From the IMG/VR virus record IMGVR_UViG_3300048930_000528, positions 1-64,000 of that record: a stretch of 64,000 bases of DNA; one strand, 5' to 3'. Made by a program: the position numbers and the translations under genes. The number at the start of each line of letters is the position of its first letter. Position 1 is the stretch's first letter. Below the pieces are notes generated by a model that worked only from the letters and a program-made list of their open reading frames with translations, was not told the DNA's origin and ran no database searches. This DNA is from a virus. This document shows positions 29,394 to 38,335 of this stretch, one piece after another.

Positions 29394-31042
29394 GCGCAGA
29401 AGCCCAGGCCTTTGCCGGCCGCACGATGCCGTTCAGCGCGGAGGCCGAGGAGTACCTGCTGTCCTGCTGCCTCATCGATGGAGCGGCCACGATCGCGCAG
29501 TGCGTTCGCATGGAGGTCGAGCCGTCGGACTTCTACGTCCCGGCCAACTTCATCCTGTTCGGCAAGATTCTGGAGGTGTACCAGTCCAAGCCCCCGGTCA
29601 CGATCGAGGTGGTTGCGCAGGAATTGCAGGCCTCGCGGATGCTGGATGAGGTCGGCGGGTTCAACTACCTCATGCAGGTCACGAACCGCGTGCCAACGAC
29701 GGCGAACGCGGACTACTTCATCGCAAAGGTGAAGGAGCTTTCCACCCTGCGTAAGGCGATCCGCAATTTCACGGCTGTCGTGGAGCGCGCCTACCAGTAC
29801 GACGGCGACCTCGACGGCTTCCTAGACTTTGCCGGCGCGGCCACGAGTAAGATTGGCAATGCCGCATGGTCCAAGGACGAGATCCGCCGCGCCGCTGACA
29901 TCACCGTCCCGCCCGATGGAGACGAGGACACGCTGATCGGCGACCGCTACATTTGCCGAGGAGGCCAGTGCATCACGGTGTCAGGCGCCGGCATGGGCAA
30001 GAGCTCTTTTGCGATTCAGGAGGCATTCTCCTACGCGCTTGGGATGCCGCATCTTGGCATGCTGCCAAAGCGCCCGCTGACCTCGCTAATCATCCAGGCC
30101 GAGGACGACGATGGTGACATTGGCGAGGTCGTTGAGTCTGTGAAGCAGTCGCTCAAGCCGGACGGCCAGCCGCTGACAGAGGAGCACATCGAGCAGATCC
30201 GGCAGCGGGTGTTCATCGTCTCCGACAACCGCTCATGCGGCGATTCGTTCCTGCGCAAGCTGGCCGCACTCGTGGACCGAGTGAAGCCGGATCTCGTATT
30301 CATCAACCCACTTCACGCCTACATTGATGGCGACGTGAAGGAGTCCGATGCGGTCAAGCAGTTCTGCCGGCGGGGCCTCAACTCGGTGAACAAGGACAAC
30401 AAGTTCGCCTACATGGTCACGCATCACACGACCAAGCCACCGTCGGAGAAGGTGAAGGAGAAGGCGTGGAACGAGATGATGTACGACATGGCGGGATCGG
30501 CCGACCTGATCAACTGGGCGCGTGCCGTCCGTATCATCAAGGCCGAGCCTTCGCAGGAGGGGAGCTTTACGCTGTACCTCGCCAAGCGCGGGAAGCGAGC
30601 CGGCGTACTCACGGAATCGGAAAGCGGCGCGAGCTTCGAGGTAACCACCAAGGTTCCCATCAAGCACGCGACCGGGACCATCAAGGTCAAGGGCCGGCGG
30701 AAGCCGATTCAGCGAATCTACTGGGAACCACGGGAGCCGACGGAGGAGGAGCAGCGGAAGTCATCTTCGCCTGGCCGATCACGCGGCGACATGGGGCGCC
30801 CGAAGAAATCGAACCATGGCGAGCTGTGCTATTGCTTCCCGGCTTCTTCGGCTGAGCCAGAAGCACTAGCGGCGATTGGTCGCCAAGCCAAGAGCCTGAC
30901 CGGAATTTCTGACCGCACGTTCTATCGTGTCCGCGAAGAACTCATGGACGCCGGCCTCGTCACCGTCACCGACGACGGCGGCTACCGGAGGACGGCCCGC
31001 GGCGATGCCGCTGCCAACGACTATCTCAAATCTCGCCCATGA
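29390..31042 (+). CDS. Replicative helicase: DnaB N-terminal domain + RepA/AAA_25-type ATPase + C-terminal HTH
   Basis: PFSAEAEEYLLSCCL DnaB-N; GAGMGKS Walker A; QAED; HHTTK; MAGS. Confidence 0.8.
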   Translation: MSAEAQAFAGRTMPFSAEAEEYLLSCCLIDGAATIAQCVRMEVEPSDFYVPANFILFGKILEVYQSKPPVTIEVVAQELQASRMLDEVGGFNYLMQVTNRVPTTANADYFIAKVKELSTLRKAIRNFTAVVERAYQYDGDLDGFLDFAGAATSKIGNAAWSKDEIRRAADITVPPDGDEDTLIGDRYICRGGQCITVSGAGMGKSSFAIQEAFSYALGMPHLGMLPKRPLTSLIIQAEDDDGDIGEVVESVKQSLKPDGQPLTEEHIEQIRQRVFIVSDNRSCGDSFLRKLAALVDRVKPDLVFINPLHAYIDGDVKESDAVKQFCRRGLNSVNKDNKFAYMVTHHTTKPPSEKVKEKAWNEMMYDMAGSADLINWARAVRIIKAEPSQEGSFTLYLAKRGKRAGVLTESESGASFEVTTKVPIKHATGTIKVKGRRKPIQRIYWEPREPTEEEQRKSSSPGRSRGDMGRPKKSNHGELCYCFPASSAEPEALAAIGRQAKSLTGISDRTFYRVREELMDAGLVTVTDDGGYRRTARGDAAANDYLKSRP

Positions 31043-31263
31043 CCAACGCACGCATCAACAAACTCCTCAACGACGGACGGCACCAGGCCATCGTCAAGGA
31101 AATCGGTGGCAACCGCTACCTGTTCGGATTCGAGCGGATCAGCAGAAACAGCCGCAAGCGCAAGGTGAAGTACATGCTGCCCGCTCCGCTCAACCTCAGC
31201 CAGCTGACCTCCAAGAAGAAGGCCAATCCATGCACCGATACCGAGTCACCCACTACCGAGTGA
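31039..31263 (+). CDS. Hypothetical protein
   Basis: ATGA-coupled ORF. Confidence 0.55.
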   Translation: MTNARINKLLNDGRHQAIVKEIGGNRYLFGFERISRNSRKRKVKYMLPAPLNLSQLTSKKKANPCTDTESPTTE

Positions 31264-31559
31264 CGTTGAAGGGCAAGCCGTGCACCGTAATCAAGCACTT
31301 CGACGTGCGCGGAGTGCTCATGCCTGAAGGCGAAGGCGCCCTATTCGAGGTTAAGCGGGGACGAAGCACGCGTCCTCTTACTGCGACATACCTGACCCGC
31401 CTTTCCATTCGCAGAATGATCAACCGCACGGTCAAGCTCGGCGACTTCCTCTACCAGTGCCGCGGCATGACGAACGGCTGGAAGTACGCCTGCCTTATCG
31501 GCGTTGGATACAACGACTTCAAGATCGAGCCTCTCAATCTCCAAGCCACCACCACATGA
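31230..31559 (+). CDS. Hypothetical protein
   Basis: ATG at 31230; stop overlaps MazG-like start. Confidence 0.5.
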   Translation: MHRYRVTHYRVTLKGKPCTVIKHFDVRGVLMPEGEGALFEVKRGRSTRPLTATYLTRLSIRRMINRTVKLGDFLYQCRGMTNGWKYACLIGVGYNDFKIEPLNLQATTT

Positions 31560-31939
31560 AAATGAACGACTACCAGATCGCGGCGCTGCGCACGGCGCCG
31601 GAGATCCAAATCAGCGAGTTCAACGAGAACGGACGTGTCCGTTCGACGCGTGACCTCCTCCACGGGGCCGCGGGCCTCTGCACCGAAGCCGGCGAACTGA
31701 TGGACGTCTTCAAGAAGTACGAGTTCTACGACAAGCCCATCGACTGGACCAACGTCGTTGAGGAGGCGGGGGATGCGCTGTGGTACATCGCGCAGATCGC
31801 CAGGGCCGCGGGCGTCACCATGGACGAGATCGCCCAGCGCAACATTGACAAGCTTCGCGTCCGCTACCCCGAAAAGTTCGACCGCGAACTGGCCGTATCC
31901 CGCCGCCTCGACCGCGAGAGGAAGGCCCTTGAGGGATGA
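31556..31939 (+). CDS. MazG-like NTP pyrophosphohydrolase
   Basis: GLCTEAGE..D..KK, EEAGDALWY, NIDKLRVRYP. Confidence 0.85.
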   Translation: MKMNDYQIAALRTAPEIQISEFNENGRVRSTRDLLHGAAGLCTEAGELMDVFKKYEFYDKPIDWTNVVEEAGDALWYIAQIARAAGVTMDEIAQRNIDKLRVRYPEKFDRELAVSRRLDRERKALEG

Positions 31940-32114
31940 AGCCGCCCACCTGCCACCGATGCGGCGTGCCGCTCGATAACGGAGTCAAGGCCTGCACGTG
32001 CCGCGTCTTCCGAACCATCACGGGTGAAGACTGGCGGGCATCACTGGTGCACGCGCGCAGGTGGCGGGAAAAGACTGCCGAGCGTATCGGAAAACAACTC
32101 AACCCACAAAAGCC

Positions 32115-32753
32115 ATGATCAACGTCACCATCGTCAAGAAGGGCGCGGCCGAGACCTGCCCTGCCTGCAATGCCACAAAGGCCAGCATCCACCGCAACAC
32201 GTACCGCGGCGTGGAAATCAACGGCGTGCGCGCCAGCCCGGTCTATACCTGCATGAACTGCAACTCGGTCTACGTGGAGGATCCGGCCCCGGCCGTCGCA
32301 ATCCCCATTGTCCGGCAGGCCGTGGCGCCCGATGCGCCGGCACTGAAGCTGCCGGGGCGTGAGGAGCCGCTTGCGCCTGCGCAGGAACCCACTACGCCCT
32401 CGCTTTCCATCAAGGGGCCGGTGGTTACCGTGAAGGAGCCGGAGCCCGAGCCTGAGGCCCGCGCTTCTCGCCCAAAGGATGATATGAACGCCACCGCGCT
32501 CAGGCTCCGGGTTGCGCTCGAAGACCTCGAGCAGATCGCGGCCGAGTTGGGGCTGACCTGCGACAAGACCAGCATGGCCGCGGACATCATCGCCGAGATC
32601 CGCCACATCCGCAACGCCACGGGCCTGCGCGCCACGTACGCTACGGCCCGCGCCCTTGGTCTTCACCTGGCCAAGCATCAGACGCTCATCAATACAGACA
32701 AGCGCGGTCACAAGCTGATCGACAACCTGCGCGAAGCGCTCCGCCTCAAGTGA
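32115..32753 (+). CDS. Zinc-ribbon hypothetical protein
   Basis: CPAC..CMNC; preceded by small Cys-rich ORF 31936..32118. Confidence 0.6.
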   Translation: MINVTIVKKGAAETCPACNATKASIHRNTYRGVEINGVRASPVYTCMNCNSVYVEDPAPAVAIPIVRQAVAPDAPALKLPGREEPLAPAQEPTTPSLSIKGPVVTVKEPEPEPEARASRPKDDMNATALRLRVALEDLEQIAAELGLTCDKTSMAADIIAEIRHIRNATGLRATYATARALGLHLAKHQTLINTDKRGHKLIDNLREALRLK

Positions 32754-32931
32754 AGATCGTCGCCGCCAGCGTCTGGCCCAAGGCCACCTTCAAGCCGCCC
32801 GAGGCACACCTGCCCGGCGGCTACACCCTGCCCGAAACCCGACCCGAGCCGCGCATCACGCTCGAGTTCGACAACGGAGAGAAGACCACCACCAAGCTCA
32901 GCCAGATGCTCAACTACCAACCACCCAAGCC

Positions 32932-33300
32932 ATGATCTCCGACGAACCCGAAGGCGGCGTGCCGCCTGACTTCAATGAAATGATAAAAGAGTTCGAGGCC
33001 CACATGTCTCAACTCAATGCGGCGGCCAACGCCAAAGTCGAAGCCGCCATGGCTGCCATGATCCAGCGCGTTGATGGTGCCGTGCCAAACCGCGAGGAGA
33101 TCGCCGCCAAGGGCGCCATCGTCCAGATCGAGGGCTGGCCCCGCGTGCGCTTCTTCGTCTGGAAGCGCAACCACGTCCTGGCGTGGGTCATTGACCTGAC
33201 GCAGAACGGCGATGCGGCGGTCGTAATAAAAGAAGTGCCGAGGGAACAATGGCCCTCGGCACTGGTGAAGTCAGAGTTCGTCGATCCTAGCGACGGCTGA
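32932..33300 (+). CDS. Hypothetical protein, last of rightward operon
   Basis: ATGA-coupled to 32750..32935; converges on 33287..33499. Confidence 0.6.
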   Translation: MISDEPEGGVPPDFNEMIKEFEAHMSQLNAAANAKVEAAMAAMIQRVDGAVPNREEIAAKGAIVQIEGWPRVRFFVWKRNHVLAWVIDLTQNGDAAVVIKEVPREQWPSALVKSEFVDPSDG

Positions 33301-33499
33301 CAGGTTCGCTCACCTCGTCCGTGTAGTCCTCAATCGGGGGAAGTGACTCAATCTCTTCCTCGTACTGCTCCCATAGTTCGGGCCAGTTCTTCTTGATATC
33401 CTCAAGGACGTGCTTTGGCGCCCGGACTTTGTATATAGACCCGCCCGTTCGCTCGTTCTTAACGAACATGAACGGCAGTGTTATGCTTTGTGTGCTCAT
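33287..33499 (-). CDS. Hypothetical protein
   Basis: 70-aa ORF, acidic tail. Confidence 0.5.
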   Translation of the reverse strand: MSTQSITLPFMFVKNERTGGSIYKVRAPKHVLEDIKKNWPELWEQYEEEIESLPPIEDYTDEVSEPVSRR

Positions 33500-33553
33500 G
33501 GGCTTTTGACGCGCTCGCGCACCACAAGGTGCGGAAACCGCTTGCCGTAGGCC

Positions 33554-33874
33554 TCAGTGACGAATCTGCCCGTCACTGAGCTGCGGTAGCGGTGGGTTGG
33601 TTTGGGTTTCTTCATGGGTGGAAAGTCTCCGCGCGAGATCCTGCGCAAGCCGCGCCTCCTGCTCGTGAAGGCCGGCTAAGTCGGCAGGCGTCAGGCCGCG
33701 GATCGTGGCATGCGTCAGCGTGTTCTCGGACTTAGCCGACCAGATGCCCTTGATGATCTCATCTACATCGGCGGGAATGGGCGGCGCAGGCGCAACCCTC
33801 CCCGCCGCCACGGCTTTGACGGCGGCGGGCAGCGCAAACAGGCTGGCAAGGAATCCGCGGCGTGTGGGCTTCAT
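33554..33874 (-). CDS. Twin-arginine-signal small protein with capsid-N-terminus-like segment
   Basis: TRRGFL + hydrophobic stretch; TLTHATIRGLTP similar to capsid TLTATSIKGLTP. Confidence 0.6.
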   Translation of the reverse strand: MKPTRRGFLASLFALPAAVKAVAAGRVAPAPPIPADVDEIIKGIWSAKSENTLTHATIRGLTPADLAGLHEQEARLAQDLARRLSTHEETQTNPPLPQLSDGQIRH

Positions 33875-35071
33875 GCCTTCACCCCTTCCCGCGTCAGCCA
33901 GTTCGCCGCGTACCCAGACAGCCGATACAGATCCTTGGGCCTCAATACCACGGTCGCCAGACCCGGTATCGCACGGTCCCGCTCCGTCACCGTCAGGCTG
34001 AATGTGCCGTCGCCGACGGGCGTCAGCCGCGCCTCAGCCGATCCACGGTCGATAACAAGAGAGTCTTTCGCGCTCATGGCTTTTGGCGCCTCCAGTTCGC
34101 CCGGCGCGGCCGGATCACGACCCAGCTCCCCACACGCGCCCCAGTCGAAAGATCAACCCGCATCCACTGAAGCTCAGGCTCCCCCCCGCCAAACGGAGAG
34201 ACCGACAGCACACGATCACCAGGCTGGCGAATCTCGTGCTTTGCCAGCCGGCGCCAGTTGGCGGGGATCCTCACGGAGGCGTTCACTCATCCACCTCCGT
34301 TCCGCAGGGCGCCCACGTCTTCCCGCCGTCGAGGGAGTACTCGAACTCCTTTTGAAGCCGGTCCCAATTCACGAACTTCCCCCCGTCTGAACATCCGCTT
34401 GGAACACTGACGCCCATGCTGGTCCACAACAGAATCATCCATACAGTAGATACGTGCCTCCAGTGGCCGTCGCGCAGCAGCACGCACCCCTTCGGTGCCG
34501 TCTCGAGCGTCCACGGAATCAGCTTCTTCTTCGGCGCGGGGCGGCTTGCGGGGTCGATGCGGTAGTCATAAAGCGCCCAGTTCCACGCCGGTGCACCAAG
34601 TGAGGGATAGTACCAACCTTTAACAAATCCACGAATCGAACCCCCCTTCTCGCCCTGCTGCACGGGCTTGCCCTCCAGCGCCGCCTGCATCACCGCGATC
34701 TTGTATTCAAGCGGTGGATTCGCCGGGCAGGTGTAGATGTCGATGGGGGCTGGGTCGGTAGGCATCTGATTCGGTTACCTCAAATCAGAACTGACATTGC
34801 AAGCAGAAACTGGACACCCAGGCGGCGACACCCGGCTTCCCTTCTCGTCCACCCACCACACCGCGCCGGCGGCGACGGCCTCAGCCAGCCCGGCACCCGA
34901 AAACATGATCGTGCCGGATGGGTCGAAGTAGAACGGCACCCCGCTCTTCACCAGCGTGTCCACGTCGACGTAGGCCCGCGGCCACCCCGGGGACTCATCC
35001 ACCTCGGCCTGCATCCGACGCAGATCGGCCAACTGCTGCTGCAGCCACTCCGGCGTGATGGGATCGGTCAT
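33871..35071 (-). CDS. Run of four coupled hypothetical genes (33871..34077, 34074..34286, 34283..34765, 34775..35071)
   Basis: ATGA overlaps and phage-like small ORFs. Confidence 0.55.
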
Positions 35072-35409
35072 GTTGCCTCCTTGGTCAGGTCCAAGAGCGG
35101 GACCGTCTTCCCGCGCAGATCGTGCGAGCAGTCGTCGAGGAACTGCGCCTGCCCATCGTTGATCCACGAGTGACAGCGCCACGTCTCCTCACTCCCGCCG
35201 ATCGTGAGCACACTCGGCCGCAGGGTAGGCCGCTCGGTGTCGGCATTCCATGTCCATGCGTTCTTCCCCTCGCGCGCTCCCTTGATGATCACGGGCAGCA
35301 CCAGCTCGCCGCTCGGGCCGGGAAGATTGATCCGCAGGTGCGTAGCTTCGAACACGGTGCAGGGCTCGTAGCCCTGGCCATGGATCAGCTTCAGGGGCTG
35401 GGCCTTCAC
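35068..35409 (-). CDS. DUF6527-like protein
   Basis: WTWN..PTLRPSVL..CHSWINDG..FLDDCSH motif. Confidence 0.7.
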   Translation of the reverse strand: MKAQPLKLIHGQGYEPCTVFEATHLRINLPGPSGELVLPVIIKGAREGKNAWTWNADTERPTLRPSVLTIGGSEETWRCHSWINDGQAQFLDDCSHDLRGKTVPLLDLTKEAT

Positions 35410-36965
35410 TGCTCATCCTCCACGGCTTTGATCGTCCGGGCGACGGTTTGGGCCTGATCCCGCTCCACGAACTCCTGACACGCCGCCTTCCGCGCGTACC
35501 AGTCCCCCATCCCCGCGGCATGCCACCCCGTGCCTCCCTCAGGCAGCAGAAGCGTGCCGACAATCTGGATGCTCGAAAAGTGCTCGGACAGCTGTGCCGC
35601 GTGCCGCTCGAGAAGCTCCTGTGCCTCGTTGCGGGTCATGACCCCACCTCCCCCTCCAGCGCCTTCTCCGCCCGCTTCCTCAGCCGCCACGCGTACATCC
35701 GGCAGGTGGCAGAGCAGTACTTCGGCTTCCGGGCCATCTTCACGGACAGCGACCACGGGAACAGCGACCCGCAGTGCAGGCACGTGAACTTTGGCGCCGT
35801 CAAAGGCTGGCAGTGATGGTTCACCAACTGCCTCGCAGGCACAGAGATCGCCGTCGGCTTCCAGTCCGTCACCATCCCTTTCTGGACTTTCTGGACTTGG
35901 ACCACCTCGTCCGCTCCCACTGCCAACGTCTCCCGCGCCACTGCCAAAGCCTCCTCCTTACTTTCGGCAGTGACCTCGAGGTCGATCAGGACTGGCACCC
36001 GCGCGTACCCTGCCACCCGCCATCTCGGCAGGTCCACCCTCACTCCCCGCGCCAAGCGCGCCGCTAAAGATTCGCCAGAAGGCATAAGCCTTCTGTCACG
36101 CCAGCGGCGCCATGTGTCAATTCAAAACAGGGGTGACTTCCTGCGCAGCGACCAACTCGGCGTACTTCGCGTGCGCCTTCTCCAGCTGGGCCGGCGTGTA
36201 GTACCAGCCGGCAGTGCCAAACTGGCTGGCACCTGGATACTTCTCGCGCCATGGAGCATCTTCGCCATTCGGGTATTTCGATGGCGCGGCAACGCTCAGA
36301 ATCATCACCTCAACCCCGGCCTTCTCTGTCTGGCCAAGTGCCACCATAACTACTCGCCCTTCGCGCTTAATCTGACGGCAGCGCATGCCATCGCGGGTAA
36401 ATTCGGCAGGAACTGGTCTCGGGCTCTCTTTGGTGTAGGCGTGCTCAAGAACCACTGGGCTGATTTCTGGCGTTTGATTGCTCATAGGTATGTCGGTATA
36501 CCCTTTTTGATTTACGGCCAAAGGTTGGCCGTCAACCACAAATCGAGGTGACCATCAAATCACGGGGCCTCCGTATTCGCGTTTTAAGGCCTGCCGGGCG
36601 GCCAGCCTATACCCACGTACCAACCCACGCCAGATCTCGCGAAATCGGGCAGGTTCCCGGCGGCTGGCGGGCCATCCAATTCCGCGCATCCAACCCCAAC
36701 ACCCACCCGGGTACGGTTCGGCCGTCAGCGCCGTAAAGGGCGTGTAGCACCCGCAGCCCAGAACCGCAGTGCCAATTCTCGCCTGGCACCGCCACATCTC
36801 CCGATCGTGCACCGGACACCGCAGGCACACCCGCATCCGCCTCCGCCACGTCCGACGATCCACCCCCCCACTCGCCATCGCCCTCACCATCCCCCACCAC
36901 GACACCTCCCGCCCTGCCTCTGCCACCACCGCCTGCCACTCCGCCATTCGCTTCGGCATGTTCAT
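35406..36965 (-). CDS. Run of four hypothetical genes (35406..35639, 35636..36085, 36117..36485, 36555..36965), two Cys-rich
   Basis: Coupled ORFs; CLHC..YCSATC and CLRC..CGC motifs. Confidence 0.55.
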
Positions 36966-36990
36966 GTCGGTCAGGCTATCATCACCGTCA

Positions 36991-37212
36991 AGTCACTGCC
37001 ATAAGTCACTGCCACGTCTCGCGGAGCGCACCGCCCGGAAAGACGGCACTGCCAAAATCCCTATATATAAAAATACGTAGTATTTTTATAGGGAGTTTTG
37101 GCAGTACTGTCTTTCGGGTGCGCGGGTTGCACTTTTGGCAGTACCTTTTGGCAGTTTTGGCAGTATTGGCAGTAACCACCCAAAACCTCACCAAAACCAA
37201 ACCCCAAAACCC
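36991..37212. repeat. Iteron cluster around a long imperfect palindrome; candidate replication origin
   Basis: ACTGCCA at 36995, 37008, 37048 and TGGCAGT at 37099, 37136, 37149, 37158, 37167; inverted repeat 37026-37123 with AT-rich centre; CCAAAACC repeats after. Confidence 0.75.
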
Positions 37213-37364
37213 CGCGTACGGGAAACGCCAAAAAGTTTAGAGGGGGGAGATATATAGATACGGGGGGCCTGGCTTGGAATTTTGAAAGGGGGGAGGGGCC
37301 TTTGCCTTGCAATAGCGATGTTACATAAGGGGCATTAACTACCGAAAACCAGTAACTTGCTAAG

Positions 37365-37868
37365 GTGTCGGCGGTTGCGGAAACTGCCGATGCGAAGAGA
37401 GCGCCGAAAGCGCCGGTCGCCCTAGTCCGAGAGCCGATCGGGCAGGTTAGATTTTTGAAAAATCTAACAGTTAGAAGTTAGTTAACCAAAGATCGGCGAT
37501 GCTTAACAACTCTGAACAAGAGTTCGCAAGCCCTAGATCTTTAACAATTTACGTCATGGTTGGTCGGCGGGTTTACACCCTGCTTCCCAAATCCCAGTAG
37601 TGACACGAGCGAAAGCTGGCCAAGCGAATGAGGCGGAGTGTGCGTCTGGGTAACATGGGTGCCCGGGCTTAAGTGTACTGCGCACAGCACGTTGCGAGAA
37701 AAGCGCAGGGGTTGACCCTGTGGCGACGGAAGCCTCTGGACACGAGCGAACAGTGAGTCGGCATTACGGTGCCGGAACAGCGCCCCTCCGATGCTTGGAA
37801 AATGGGTCCTAATGCGGCCACGTGCCTACAGTTGTGTGCGTGCCGGTTCCAAGCCCGGAAGACGACGC
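37365..37868 (+). ncRNA. Candidate large structured RNA / structured leader
   Basis: Many stems with G-U pairs on plus strand, GAAA and UACG loops, long-range 37663-37670/37851-37858 helix; no credible ORF. Confidence 0.6.
37536..37550 (+). promoter_or_regulatory. boxA-like antitermination element
   Basis: GATCTTTAACAATTT vs rrn boxA GCTCTTTAACAATTT, preceded by hairpin 37501-37531. Confidence 0.55.
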
Positions 37869-37886
37869 AGAGGAGACCCAAAGACC

Positions 37887-38279
37887 ATGAGTGAGAAGAT
37901 GTTGGTTGCATACGAAGTCAGCATTGCTGACCGGATTAAGGCTGCGCAGGCGCAGCTCAAGGCGCTCAAGGACGAGCGTTACGGCACTCTGCCGCGCATC
38001 AGTGCGGAGGAGTTGTCTGTCGTGGTGGCGAACGAGAAGCTGGTGTCCACGACGCACGAGGTGGCGAAGCTGGCCGCGGAGTTGCGGTCGGAGCGCCGGT
38101 TCACGGAGGAGGACAAGGATCAGGTGGCGGCGGCGAAGATCGCGCACCGGATCGAGGTGAACACGGAGGCGGTGAAGGCTGAGGCCGTGCGCAGCGTGCG
38201 TGATGCGCGTCTGACGGGCTTCAAGCTGACCCTCCGGAAGGACGGTCGGACCGCCGTGCGTGTGTCGGGAGTGATCTGA
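37887..38279 (+). CDS. Hypothetical protein, first gene after structured RNA
   Basis: AGGAG upstream, followed by terminator. Confidence 0.7.
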   Translation: MSEKMLVAYEVSIADRIKAAQAQLKALKDERYGTLPRISAEELSVVVANEKLVSTTHEVAKLAAELRSERRFTEEDKDQVAAAKIAHRIEVNTEAVKAEAVRSVRDARLTGFKLTLRKDGRTAVRVSGVI

Positions 38280-38293
38280 TTCGTCGGCAAATC

Positions 38294-38331
38294 GGCCCCA
38301 AGCTGCAACGGTGTGGCGTGGGGCCTTTTTT
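38294..38331 (+). terminator. Intrinsic terminator
   Basis: GGCCCCA...TGGGGCC stem followed by T6. Confidence 0.8.
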
Positions 38332-38335
38332 GCTT

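Noticed and set aside
37006-37312. Short ORFs across the iteron region and 37669..37911
   Set aside because: Translations merely reflect the DNA repeats or structured region; no RBS or codon bias.
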